Shown: positions 1 to 9,205, numbered from the stretch's first letter. The stretch: DNA of 64,000 bases from an uncultured Acidobacteriota bacterium (GCA_963796275.1 CAWCKY010000003.1:224001-288000), one strand, 5' to 3'. The notes: a model not told the origin generated them from the letters alone. Numbers and translations: made by a program.

Positions 1-1
1 C

Positions 2-112
2 AGTGAGGGATGCAAGAAAATCTTCGATTGGGAATGGCCCCTCATTCATAATCATATCCTCTCGATTAACATGCTGAATCCGGCTCTTAGGGAGGCTCAA
101 CTACGTGAATAA
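2..112 (+). CDS. possible 3' end of an island gene running in from the left edge
   Basis: Open frame from base 2 (SEGCKKIFDWEWPLIHNH...LRE) to TAA at 110-112; no recognisable motif. Confidence 0.3.
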   Translation, partial: SEGCKKIFDWEWPLIHNHILSINMLNPALREAQLRE

Positions 113-130
113 TCCCTCTTCGATCTGAAA

Positions 131-191
131 CCCTCGAACCTGGATTCCAGATTTAGAAGACCTATATCTTATCCAGTTAGGCTATAGGGCC
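131..191 (-). pseudogene. degenerate/truncated tRNA-Arg(TCT)
   Basis: Minus strand reads GGCCCTATAGCCTAACTGGATAAGATATAGGT-CTTCTAA-ATCTG-GAAT-CCAGGTTCGA: D-loop, anticodon arm with TCT and GGTTCGA are present; 3' T-stem and acceptor strand are missing. Confidence 0.65.
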
Positions 192-203
192 TTCGTTATA
201 ATA

Positions 204-986
204 TTAAAAACACTTGTTGATCTTACAGAAGTCTTTTGTATCGTTGATCACTTGTTTAGAGAATTTAGTTATTACCTTTCTGTTATTCTCATATATAGTG
301 AATCTAGGATAACAAACTCTATAAATCATCCCACCTTCTTTAGTTGCTACTTTTTCAAAATTATAGTTTTCCCCACCTGATGAAGAGCCTGAATATATAG
401 TCGGTCTTATACAATATGGAAAGTAAGTGCACTTCTGTTTATCTCCCTCTCCTTCACACCTTTGATCTACTATAGGGATATTCACCCAGTTATCTCCATC
501 AGTAAGGGACATTGTAAATATCAATTTAATGGGCTTATCTAGTGATGGGTCCGTAGTTGGAGTAACAGATGGAGTTGATGTCGGAATGGGAGATGATGAT
601 GTTGTTGTTGGGGGTTCAGAGGATTTAGGAGATATTGCTACTATGAAGACTACAAAGCCAAAAATAAGCAAAGAAACAATAAGCAAACCTCTAAATCCAT
701 AATCTTTAGTACTCTCACTCTTAGATGAAGCTTTAGGAGAAGGCTGTGGTGACGATTGAGGTGGCTGTGGAGGTGGAGGTGGAGGTGGAGGTGGAGTTCT
801 ATTTCCCCTCTCTGCCTGATCTCCCATTGCCACCTCATATGCCTCATTCAGGAGTTTCATCATCAGCTCTGATCCACCTGAATCTGGATGACACCTCTTT
901 GCTAAATCTTTATATCGACCTTTGATTTGTTCCTTGCTGGCTGAAACGGGAAGTCCCAAATATTCAAACGCTTCAGATATCTTCAT
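204..986 (-). CDS. membrane-anchored DnaJ (J-domain) protein with Pro-rich linkers
   Basis: N-terminal J domain (AFEYLGL...YKDLAKRCHPDSGGS...LNEAYEV), poly-Pro, one TM helix, PT-rich linker, Cys-containing C-terminal domain. Confidence 0.8.
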   Translation of the reverse strand: MKISEAFEYLGLPVSASKEQIKGRYKDLAKRCHPDSGGSELMMKLLNEAYEVAMGDQAERGNRTPPPPPPPPPQPPQSSPQPSPKASSKSESTKDYGFRGLLIVSLLIFGFVVFIVAISPKSSEPPTTTSSSPIPTSTPSVTPTTDPSLDKPIKLIFTMSLTDGDNWVNIPIVDQRCEGEGDKQKCTYFPYCIRPTIYSGSSSGGENYNFEKVATKEGGMIYRVCYPRFTIYENNRKVITKFSKQVINDTKDFCKINKCF

Positions 987-1513
987 AAGTCCACCTATCT
1001 CTTCCTATCCACCCATCCATGACTTCTAGACAGCCAAAAGTGTCTCTTTCAGTTTCGTATAGAAAGTGTATCTAAGGCTCATGGGGGAGAATGTCCTTCT
1101 TGATCAGATTTAACCATTTGAGGGACCCGTTCTGAGGAGGTCCTGGGCCAGATTCTACGAGATCCCTGACTAATGGCCAAGAGTTTTTGGATCAGTAGGA
1201 GGGACCCAATCCCCATCTTCAATCTCCCCAACAGGCGAGGACTGACGACAAGCATCAGAGAGAGGAAATCTCTCACAAATCATTGCATCACCCCTGGACT
1301 CGCTCTATACTCTGCCACGTTCGGCTATTCGCAGTCATAAATCATCCTTTATCACACAGGAGAGAGCACAAAATGTAGGCTCGGTAGAAATTTGCCATAG
1401 ACCTAAAAGGAACAACCAATCGCTCGTACAGAACCACACAAGTTTGATCTATATGTCTCAGCGAAGTAGAACTTCATCAAAGCTGTCTAAGTCGCTATGC
1501 AGTTCTAGGGAGG

Positions 1514-1813
1514 GTGCAAGGTCGTATGCCGAAAAACGAGGATGCAGACGTAGAGCTGGCAAAGAAAATTGCACAGGTTGCACAAATTAGACGCAAAGCG
1601 AAGTTGGATTCTATCAAGGATTACATAGGCTTCGTTGTTAGCCAATTGTTCGGCTTGATTTCCCTGATAGCTGGGATAATTGGGGCATTTGTTCCATCTA
1701 TACTACCTTTTAAGATCAGTAATCCGACAACATATATTGGGATAGGATTAGGGGTATTAGTAGGAAAAAGTATAGTCACAACCATTGCTAAAGTGGCAAA
1801 CGTCTTAAAATAA
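1514..1813 (+). CDS. small membrane protein (about 2 TM), hypothetical
   Basis: GTG start after GGAGG; hydrophobic segments; stop overlaps next start (TAATG). Confidence 0.65.
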   Translation: MQGRMPKNEDADVELAKKIAQVAQIRRKAKLDSIKDYIGFVVSQLFGLISLIAGIIGAFVPSILPFKISNPTTYIGIGLGVLVGKSIVTTIAKVANVLK

Positions 1814-2868
1814 TGATCAACATTACTTTTTCGTTATTAGCCTTGAGCATAGTGGGAGTAGTCATCCTCCTTATCTGCAAGGGATTAGGCCGTCCGATAA
1901 ACAGTGGTTATCTGCTTGCCCGTGGATTCTTTCTTATTTTTGGGATGGGTATTTTACTGTTAGGTATATGCTTTCATTTGAAGTCATGGCCGTATGCCAC
2001 ATTTTTCAGTGCCCTTTTCGGTGTGCTTGGTGCTCAAATCGGTCTCTGGTCTATAGGTATAAGTGGAGAAATACTTGGCAATCGGCCTCAAACAGACGAG
2101 TTCGGAGAATTCAGCCTCGGTCTGAATACGATTGGTCTGTCTAACTCTGCTCTGCAGTTTGCCAATATTGTTCTTGTTACCATTATGTCTGTGAGCCTCT
2201 TGTATTTTTACTCTCCTTGGTTAGCAGAGTTTGTATTTAACAAGAAACTCGACTCAATCGGCTTTATACAACAAGTCCATGCTGAGACTAAGCTCCCAGA
2301 AAAACCTACATGGGTGACAGAAACAGTAAAATCCACCGACAGGTTCGGCAAGGAGATAGAGGTTGAGATAGGGATCCTTTGGGACCCTTATAGATGGGTT
2401 AAAGGAAGTACAGAGGATGTATCAATCGATGATGCTGAAAAAGTTAAATTCTCCATTGGAGATGTCATCAGAAATTTTCAGAACAGTGAGAACAGACCTA
2501 TCATTGCTGTGGGGACTGCATCTCACGAAAATGCTGTGGAGAATCCTGAACAAGAGACTAATCGTGCCCAAGCGAGGGCAGATAGGTTAGTCACATTATG
2601 TGGAGAACATTTTATAAATCTCCCTCACATTTATAGTTTAAATCTTGGGGCATTCAAGACAGACCGAAGTTATTCGGTCTTTTCAGCCTCAGAACGTAGA
2701 GTTATTTTACTGGTCATAAAGAAAGGTGAAGATAGCTTAGATTTAACATCTGGGGTAAAAAACGCTCTGATTAAAGCTAAAGTGGAGCAGGGTTTTATTT
2801 TCGATGCAAGAGACTATTCCTTGTTTGATACTACCAGGTTTCAAGTGGTGCAAAGGCTTAATTTTTAG
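1813..2868 (+). CDS. multi-TM protein with C-terminal OmpA/MotB-like domain
   Basis: About 4 N-terminal TM helices; C-terminal IIAVGTAS...N...RAQARADRL...ERRVIL resembles the OmpA_C-like peptidoglycan-binding signature. Confidence 0.6.
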   Translation: MINITFSLLALSIVGVVILLICKGLGRPINSGYLLARGFFLIFGMGILLLGICFHLKSWPYATFFSALFGVLGAQIGLWSIGISGEILGNRPQTDEFGEFSLGLNTIGLSNSALQFANIVLVTIMSVSLLYFYSPWLAEFVFNKKLDSIGFIQQVHAETKLPEKPTWVTETVKSTDRFGKEIEVEIGILWDPYRWVKGSTEDVSIDDAEKVKFSIGDVIRNFQNSENRPIIAVGTASHENAVENPEQETNRAQARADRLVTLCGEHFINLPHIYSLNLGAFKTDRSYSVFSASERRVILLVIKKGEDSLDLTSGVKNALIKAKVEQGFIFDARDYSLFDTTRFQVVQRLNF

Positions 2869-2935
2869 AAGATGTAGCCTCACATCTCAAAGACCTCATA
2901 TAGAATACACCGATGTGGCAGAGGACTAACCGTTT

Positions 2936-3694
2936 ATGAGTGAAGGAGAATTCATTGCAAGAATAGATAGATCCCCTCGTGGCTGGTATGGGAATGTAAT
3001 TTTCGAAATACGCTTATTGTATGGGTACGTTGAAAGTGTTGAACATCAGATTGATGAATCGATAAACAGGCTCCATCGAGCGAAACAGACCGAGATAATT
3101 GAGTATGAGGACGGTTCGGCATCTATAATCACTTCATATCACGGGATTGATGATTTTACCTATCATCTTGATACGATATTCAAGGAATACTTCCCCAATC
3201 TTCAACGTAGGAGTGCCTTGATAACACTCTTCTCCTTCTTTGAACATCAGCTTGATGATCTATGTATAAGGTTCTCCAATATAGGCAAGGTTGCCGTCAA
3301 ATTTGATGTTTTCCAATGTAAAGATACAGGAATTGACCGTTCGACTAAGTATATAAAGGAGGTGGTAGGTCTCACCTTAGATCATGGCAGAGGCCCCTGG
3401 AATGAGATCAAAAATATTCAAAGCATTCGAAATATCCTTGTACACAACGATGGCAAGCTAAAAGATGAGGATAAGGATAAGGATAAAGTCACGAAGAAAG
3501 ATAAAGTCAATGAAGCCACGAAGAAATATGCCTGCAAACATGGCCTTCTATCACTTCTACCGGGAGAATGTGAGGGTACATATGAAATCGGAGAGGAGAT
3601 AAAAATCAATGAAGCCTATTTGCCTCATGTTATCAGTACGTTTGCTCACTATTTCAAAGAGATCGACCAGCTCATTTCCCATCCCAATAAATAA
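2936..3694 (+). CDS. HEPN-motif (RxxxxH) protein
   Basis: SALITLFSFFE helix and WNEIKNIQSIRNILVHNDG containing R-x4-H. Confidence 0.65.
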   Translation: MSEGEFIARIDRSPRGWYGNVIFEIRLLYGYVESVEHQIDESINRLHRAKQTEIIEYEDGSASIITSYHGIDDFTYHLDTIFKEYFPNLQRRSALITLFSFFEHQLDDLCIRFSNIGKVAVKFDVFQCKDTGIDRSTKYIKEVVGLTLDHGRGPWNEIKNIQSIRNILVHNDGKLKDEDKDKDKVTKKDKVNEATKKYACKHGLLSLLPGECEGTYEIGEEIKINEAYLPHVISTFAHYFKEIDQLISHPNK

Positions 3695-3790
3695 AAAGAG
3701 GGAGTGATATCCAATCTCTACTCCCCCCTAAAGTGACCGATGATGAGATTGATTTATCTTCTCCCTCTCTTCCTCTTTGCTCTCCTACTC

Positions 3791-3955
3791 TTATGTGAGA
3801 CTTTTACGATCTGCTCCTTTGTGGTCTCTCCGTCCTCCTTCTGAATCTCCTGGCCCAGAAAATATCCCTCTCGATCCCCTCTCTGAGAGATCATGAAAAG
3901 TTGATGATGATGATTTTCGAACATTCATGTGATGATCAAAGATTTTCCTGTTCAT
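3791..3955 (-). CDS. small hypothetical protein (54 aa) downstream of integrase
   Basis: AAGGAGG RBS before ATG; MNRKIFDHHMNVRKSSSS...SLT*; below the ORF-track cutoff. Confidence 0.35.
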   Translation of the reverse strand: MNRKIFDHHMNVRKSSSSTFHDLSERGSRGIFSGPGDSEGGRRDHKGADRKSLT

Positions 3956-4008
3956 CCTTTCCTCCTTATTCGTTAGTTGATAAAATTTGATTCTGGGTCT
4001 GACTCTTG

Positions 4009-5136
4009 TTAGATCGATTCTCCCCTCTGGCCTCTCCCCTCTTCCTGTCTATTCAAAAGGCTCCTGGCCTTGTCTATCGTCAGATGAGTAGTGTTGATAT
4101 AGATTCTGAAAAGTGTGTTGATATCTGCATGACCACTGATCTTGGCTATCTCCTCCAGTGGCATCCCCTGAGCGAGCAGACGGGTACAGAAGGAATGTCT
4201 AAGGTCATGAAACTGGAGATCCCCCAATCCTGCCTCATCAACTGTAGATCCCCAACTTTTTTGAATGGTAGTGATATTGAAGACGGACTCTCTATCTGGA
4301 TATTTTTGTCTCAGCCCTTCCAGCTCTATCATCAACCTCTCACTGATGGGAATCGTCCTTGCCTCATTGGTCTTTGTCATTATGGCCCTGAGATTGATTT
4401 GACGGCCATCCATATCCACATCCCTCCACTGAAGCGAGAGCAACTCACCCAATCTCATCCCCGTGTCGATAGCAGCTATGATAATTGGTCTGATGTGTAC
4501 TCGCTTCCCATTAAGAGAGGCAGTTAAAAGTTTTGTCTCCTCCTCATCAGTGATGACTCTCTTCCGTCTGGTCTCTGCTGACTTGAGAATTATGGGGCTG
4601 GTAGCATTCTCAAAAGGACTCTTCTCTATCCACCCTCTACTGACGGCAAATCTCATCATCGCCTGAAGGACTTCAAGCTCACGGTTCACAGCACTGATGC
4701 TCCTCTCCCTATCGTATTGGGTCTTTGTCCTGAGCCTGATCGATTTGAAAGTCTCGATATCACCTATGGTGACCTCCTTCAGCCTCATCGAGCCGAAGTA
4801 ATCCACTAGGGCATCTATCCTGATCTTGACTGTCCTTGCCGATCTGAGACCAGATATCTTCTTATCGTTACGATATTCAGGCCCCTTGACTTTATCCTCG
4901 ATATATTTTTCAGAGAGTTTCTTGAAGGTGACTTTATCTGTATCGATTTTCTCTATCTGCTTGGGGTTCTCAAACTTCTTTCCCATAGCCTTCAATAGCT
5001 CTCTGGCTTCGGGCTTAGTCGGGGCAGACTCCTTGTGACTTCTCCTTTTGCCTGTCCGATCAGTGAAGGTGATTCTCGCTATCCACTTTCCATTTCTCTT
5101 GTCTCTGTACAAATATCCCTTGCCTCTGTTTGCCAT
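4009..5136 (-). CDS. int: tyrosine recombinase/phage integrase
   Basis: N-terminal arm-binding-like domain (GYLYRDKRNGKWIARI); DTGMRLGEL (R), TKT (K), HDLRH (HxxR), SGH...Y; GGAGG RBS before ATG 5136; adjacent to tRNA fragment. Confidence 0.95.
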   Translation of the reverse strand: MANRGKGYLYRDKRNGKWIARITFTDRTGKRRSHKESAPTKPEARELLKAMGKKFENPKQIEKIDTDKVTFKKLSEKYIEDKVKGPEYRNDKKISGLRSARTVKIRIDALVDYFGSMRLKEVTIGDIETFKSIRLRTKTQYDRERSISAVNRELEVLQAMMRFAVSRGWIEKSPFENATSPIILKSAETRRKRVITDEEETKLLTASLNGKRVHIRPIIIAAIDTGMRLGELLSLQWRDVDMDGRQINLRAIMTKTNEARTIPISERLMIELEGLRQKYPDRESVFNITTIQKSWGSTVDEAGLGDLQFHDLRHSFCTRLLAQGMPLEEIAKISGHADINTLFRIYINTTHLTIDKARSLLNRQEEGRGQRGESI

Positions 5137-5152
5137 ATTCAAGTCCTCCATC

Positions 5153-5173
5153 TGGGTACACACTTGGGTACAC
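5153..5173. repeat. TGGGTACAC direct repeat pair, candidate integrase arm-type sites
   Basis: Identical 9-mers at 5153-5161 and 5165-5173 between int start and att core. Confidence 0.5.
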
Positions 5174-5277
5174 CCAAATTGAATTGATTGATTGAAATGA
5201 CAGACTGAGATTTAAATTAGAGATTTGATTGAATGGCTGAGAGAGCCTTCTAGAGGGGCTTTTTAGAGAGATGTTTA

Positions 5278-5333
5278 AGGTCTCAAAAACCTGTGTCCGA
5301 AAGGACGTGTGGGTTCGATTCCCACCATCCCCA
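5278..5333 (+). mobile_element. att site: duplicated 3' half of tRNA-Leu(CAA), right boundary of integrated element
   Basis: AGGT-CTCAAAA-ACCT anticodon arm, long variable arm GTCC-GAAA-GGAC, GTGGG-TTCGATT-CCCAC, CATCCCCA; no D-arm upstream; composition shifts here. Confidence 0.85.
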
Positions 5334-5341
5334 TCAAAAGA

Positions 5342-6358
5342 TTACCGGGATCTCAGGGCGGCGATTTTCCTGCTTTCCAGGAGCCGAATTTCCTCATCAT
5401 CCGCCAGAATAAAGAGAAAATAGACGCCTATCCAAACCGATATGGGTTTGTCGTTGTTCAAGCCGGGCGTGTATTCGATCGACTTTGCTGCGATAACTGC
5501 CTGTTCATCAAGCCCAAAACCCAGCCCCTGTACCACGATCACCTGACGTATTTCCCCATCGCCTCCCAGCAGGGCTTCTACCTTAACTTTTCCTTCTATA
5601 CGGTTGCTGCGAGCTTGTTCGGTAAATATCGCTCTGGGCACTCTATGAATTCGCGGCGGAATAAAGGTATCCTCTACGGCTTTTTCCGGTCTGGCTTGTG
5701 AGAGTGAATCTATCGCTTTCAACCTTTTGCGGAGGTTTGAAACCTCTTTGCGGTTGCGCACGGTGCGCAGATAAAGAGCGAGCTCGTGTGCGGCCTGTGC
5801 CGTCTCTTTATTATTGAGATATGCGTCACTGAGGAGCTTGTGAGCCGGCGAATAGCGCGGGGAAAGCTCCAGCGCACGCTTCGCCGCACGAATCGCCTTC
5901 GAGGTGTTTCCCCGCCTGAGCTCGACCAGGCCCAGGTAGTAATGTAATTCGGGATCGGGTCGGGGTGATTCTGCAATCGCGTAATTGAGCGATTGGCTGG
6001 CTTCCCGCAGCCTGTTGGAGAAATAGTATGCTTGGCCGAGCATCTTTTGATAGTGGACCTTACCTCGCTCGATAGCGTCAACTCCGCGGAGCATGCCAAC
6101 CGCCTCTCTCGGTCGTTTGGCATCGAGCAGCGAACGCGCCAGCAGCATCTGTGCTTTGAAATGCGTCTCCTGAACGCTGAGCGCAGTGTAGAGTTCATCT
6201 ATCGCCCGTTCTGTTTTACCGGTACGGTAGAATTTACATCCGAGCTTGTAGTGATGCTCCGCCCGCGCTACGTCTTCTTGCCCACGGACGCTGGCTGATA
6301 TCATAACCAGCATGATGACCGGTACCAGTATCGGCAATATTTTACTGCGTATGCTCAT
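5342..6358 (-). CDS. TPR-repeat protein with C-terminal TonB domain
   Basis: Signal peptide, TPR repeats (HYYLGLVELRRG...KRALELSP), TonB_C (FTEQARSNRIEGKVKVEALL...GLGFGLDEQAV). Confidence 0.85.
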   Translation of the reverse strand: MSIRSKILPILVPVIMLVMISASVRGQEDVARAEHHYKLGCKFYRTGKTERAIDELYTALSVQETHFKAQMLLARSLLDAKRPREAVGMLRGVDAIERGKVHYQKMLGQAYYFSNRLREASQSLNYAIAESPRPDPELHYYLGLVELRRGNTSKAIRAAKRALELSPRYSPAHKLLSDAYLNNKETAQAAHELALYLRTVRNRKEVSNLRKRLKAIDSLSQARPEKAVEDTFIPPRIHRVPRAIFTEQARSNRIEGKVKVEALLGGDGEIRQVIVVQGLGFGLDEQAVIAAKSIEYTPGLNNDKPISVWIGVYFLFILADDEEIRLLESRKIAALRSR

Positions 6359-6452
6359 CTTCTATACCTGATTGAAGGAACGAAGAAAGTTTACATTAAT
6401 TGCATGAATCTATCCAAATTACTGCGGTTAATCCGTAACGATCGATGCAGGC

Positions 6453-6971
6453 TTAGCCCAACCCCCATCTCTTCTGCCAAAACATATCTAGCCCTGCAAT
6501 CTCACCCGTCCTGAAAACGAGCAGGACAAGCACCGCCGAGAGCTCGATCAAATTCTTATTCACAAATAAATATGCGCCTTCGTTGCCGGGCGTGGCTGTT
6601 CCGCCCAGGGGAACCGACGATATATAAAAAAGCGATAGAAGCAATATTGCTCCCCAGCACCCCAACCTCGTCAGGCACCCCAGGATCAATGACAGGCCGA
6701 CCAGCACCAGGCCAAGTATCACGAGCCGATCAATCCATGGTACCAACCCGGCTTCTGCAATTCGGCGAAAGAGGCCTGCGAGCGGACCCGATGCAGCATT
6801 GAGATATCCGATTGAACTCCAGGAGGCGAGCGGCTGGCCATCCGAGCTCCAGGCTGGCAGCACCAGCTTGTAATATCCTTCATAAAGAAAATGCCAGCCA
6901 ATCAATATGCGTAAGAGCACAAGCATTAATTGCTGCGCAGAAGTGTAAATACGTGCCTGCGTATCGTTCAT
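6453..6971 (-). CDS. DoxX/DoxD-family membrane protein
   Basis: [14 protein letters not shown]...[13 protein letters not shown]...VNKNLIE; start overlaps apbE stop. Confidence 0.85.
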   Translation of the reverse strand: MNDTQARIYTSAQQLMLVLLRILIGWHFLYEGYYKLVLPAWSSDGQPLASWSSIGYLNAASGPLAGLFRRIAEAGLVPWIDRLVILGLVLVGLSLILGCLTRLGCWGAILLLSLFYISSVPLGGTATPGNEGAYLFVNKNLIELSAVLVLLVFRTGEIAGLDMFWQKRWGLG

Positions 6972-7969
6972 TCGCAAATCTCCATTCTACATCGACTGTT
7001 TGAACCGATAATCAAAGGGCTGCCCGGCGCGCTTTCCTCTATCATAATGACGAGTATCTCAGGATGAATTGAACAATAATGCTCCGCGAGTTTTCGCCCA
7101 TCGATGAAGAATGCCGTCGCCAACGCATCAGCCAGCGCCGCTGATGGAGCGATTACCGTGACGCTCAATAATCCGATGGCCGGAACGCCCGACCTCGGGT
7201 CGATGATATGGCCATAACGTTTACCGTCCTTTTCAAAAAATTGCTCGCCGCTGCCGCTGGTCGCCATAGCTCGATCGCTCAGCGCCAACTTAGCGATCCT
7301 GTTATTTTTTAACACCGGATGGCGGATGCCGACCGCCCATTCTTCGCCGCTCCCGCTGTTCCCGATCGCGATCAAACTACTGCTGCCACCGGTAACCAGA
7401 GCAGAACGGACTCCGCGCTCGCGCATAAAGGTATCGACCCGATCGAGCGCATATCCCTTTCCGATACTCCCGAGGTTGATTTCGATTTTTGGATGCGAAA
7501 ATCGCACGGTCATTTTATTCCGGTCGAGGACAATGTTATGCATACCGACCCTTGATCTGGCGGCTTCCAATTCATCCGCCTCCGGAATACGCCCGTCACG
7601 CCTCAAGAATCCCCAGCATCGTGTAAGCGGCCCGCTTGTGATATCGAAAGCGCCGTCCGTCGCGTGGTACAACTCCTCGCACAGGAGCAAAAGATCGAAG
7701 AGCCCGGCCTCCACTTCGACGTCGACGAACCCGGCCGTTCGGTTGATATAGCTGATTTCGCTCGTCTCCCGAAAAACACTCATCTGATCTTCCAAACGGT
7801 CGATAAGATTCAATGCTTCATTGGCAGCCGAGAGGTCTGATTGATCTTCCGATGGTAGAGTAATCTCAAACCGGCAAGCCATAGCTTTCCGATTGACATG
7901 CAGCCAATATTCCGAACCTCTAACGCCGGTGCTCTGTCTAAGAGAGAAGAATTGTCGACGATTTATCAT
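6968..7969 (-). CDS. apbE: FAD:protein FMN transferase ApbE
   Basis: [53 protein letters not shown] motifs. Confidence 0.92.
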   Translation of the reverse strand: MINRRQFFSLRQSTGVRGSEYWLHVNRKAMACRFEITLPSEDQSDLSAANEALNLIDRLEDQMSVFRETSEISYINRTAGFVDVEVEAGLFDLLLLCEELYHATDGAFDITSGPLTRCWGFLRRDGRIPEADELEAARSRVGMHNIVLDRNKMTVRFSHPKIEINLGSIGKGYALDRVDTFMRERGVRSALVTGGSSSLIAIGNSGSGEEWAVGIRHPVLKNNRIAKLALSDRAMATSGSGEQFFEKDGKRYGHIIDPRSGVPAIGLLSVTVIAPSAALADALATAFFIDGRKLAEHYCSIHPEILVIMIEESAPGSPLIIGSNSRCRMEICE

Positions 7970-8049
7970 ATCGTAACTGGCCGTTTATTAGGCCGTTATT
8001 GGGTTCGCTGATTATGTGTTCAGGGGGTGCTGACTCCTAATCCACAGTC

Positions 8050-8859
8050 TCAGAACGCCTCAGGACTCGGGACTTCGGATAATCTACTCTTTCGTCCATA
8101 ACCCAGCTCAGCTCCACCTGAAATTACGTGGTCAACCCCGGTCGTGAAACTCGCCTCCGCGGCAATGAACAGACAGAGCTTGCCGGCCTCTTCGATCGTT
8201 CCCATACGGCTGAGTAACTGTGCCGCTTCGCCATCCGCACGGCATCGATCGGGATCGGGAGCCGCATCGATGGCTTCTTGCCACAGCGGCGTGTAGATGT
8301 TTCCCGGAGATACTGAATTTACACGTACTCCATAAATCGCCTCATCAATGGCGAGCGCTTTTGTGAATGAGGTGATTGCACCTTTAGTCGCAACATAGGT
8401 GGTCGCATGCAGCTGTCCCATAATGCCGACCAGACTCGACATATTGATGATGTTGCCCCGAGTTTTCCGCAGATGTGGCAGGGCGAATTTGCATGCGGTG
8501 AAAATACTCACCAGATTTAAATCCAGCAGATCCCGGAAATCCTGAACCGAAAACTCGTCAATCGGTTTGTGTGGAGGATGCCACCCGGCATTGTTGATCA
8601 AACAATCGAGCCTTCCATACCTATCGATCGTTGCGCCGATCAGATGTTCTACCTCAGCGGGATTTGCAACATCGCATCTGATGTAATGCGATTCTCCCGG
8701 CCCGCGTTCGTTCAAGGCAAGTGCGAAGCTGGCCGCGCTCTCCGCGTTTCGCGAGCAAAAAATAACTTTAGAACCCCCTCCCACGAAAGCTCGCACGCAA
8801 CCCTCTCCGATTCCTTTGCTTCCGCCCGTGATTATCACAACTTTATTTGAATAAAACAT
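8050..8859 (-). CDS. SDR oxidoreductase, HSD17B14/L-fucose dehydrogenase-like
   Basis: TGGSKGIG, NNAGWHPP, YVATK, SPGNIYTPLW, GGAELGYG. Confidence 0.85.
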   Translation of the reverse strand: MFYSNKVVIITGGSKGIGEGCVRAFVGGGSKVIFCSRNAESAASFALALNERGPGESHYIRCDVANPAEVEHLIGATIDRYGRLDCLINNAGWHPPHKPIDEFSVQDFRDLLDLNLVSIFTACKFALPHLRKTRGNIINMSSLVGIMGQLHATTYVATKGAITSFTKALAIDEAIYGVRVNSVSPGNIYTPLWQEAIDAAPDPDRCRADGEAAQLLSRMGTIEEAGKLCLFIAAEASFTTGVDHVISGGAELGYGRKSRLSEVPSPEAF

Positions 8860-9205
8860 AGCGAAATCTCCAAATAATATCAGGCATTTTAGCGTATTAA
8901 GAAGATTACCAAAATCTGATTGATATGAATCCCTTGTCCTTCCATCATTTCATCTGCTAAAATTTGTGAGAACCAATAAAAAGAATTGAAATAAACCAAT
9001 TGAAACCGAGTCGGTCAACTCCTCAGACCAAGTAGAAAAGAATATGGCTGGCTCTCTGAAAGCATACAGGCAGTACCCCAACTGGCACAGATTATATTAA
9101 CAATAGAATTCCGGTCTATCAGCGATAGGCTGGAGGACGACGCTCGAACATAATCTTTCGGTTGCCCCGCAGATAAAGGTAGTTTGAGCCTCACCATTCG
9201 AAACG

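Larger units (their letters stand above)
1..5333. mobile_element. integrative element/prophage-like island (right part; continues beyond left edge)
   Basis: Integrase next to tRNA-Leu att site; visibly AT-richer than the chromosome; non-core cargo. Confidence 0.85.

Noticed and set aside
1514-2868. Zorya zorA/zorB or motA/motB
   Set aside because: No MotA/ZorA-like protein or long tail; the OmpA-like protein has several TMs rather than one; no zorC/D/E.
4006-4527. 173-aa plus-strand ORF
   Set aside because: Antisense shadow of the integrase.
5278-5333. Functional tRNA-Leu gene
   Set aside because: It lacks the 5' acceptor strand and D-arm; it is an att-site duplication.
1-5333. Definite prophage
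   Set aside because: No structural, replication or lysis genes are visible in the window; only an integrative element can be supported.
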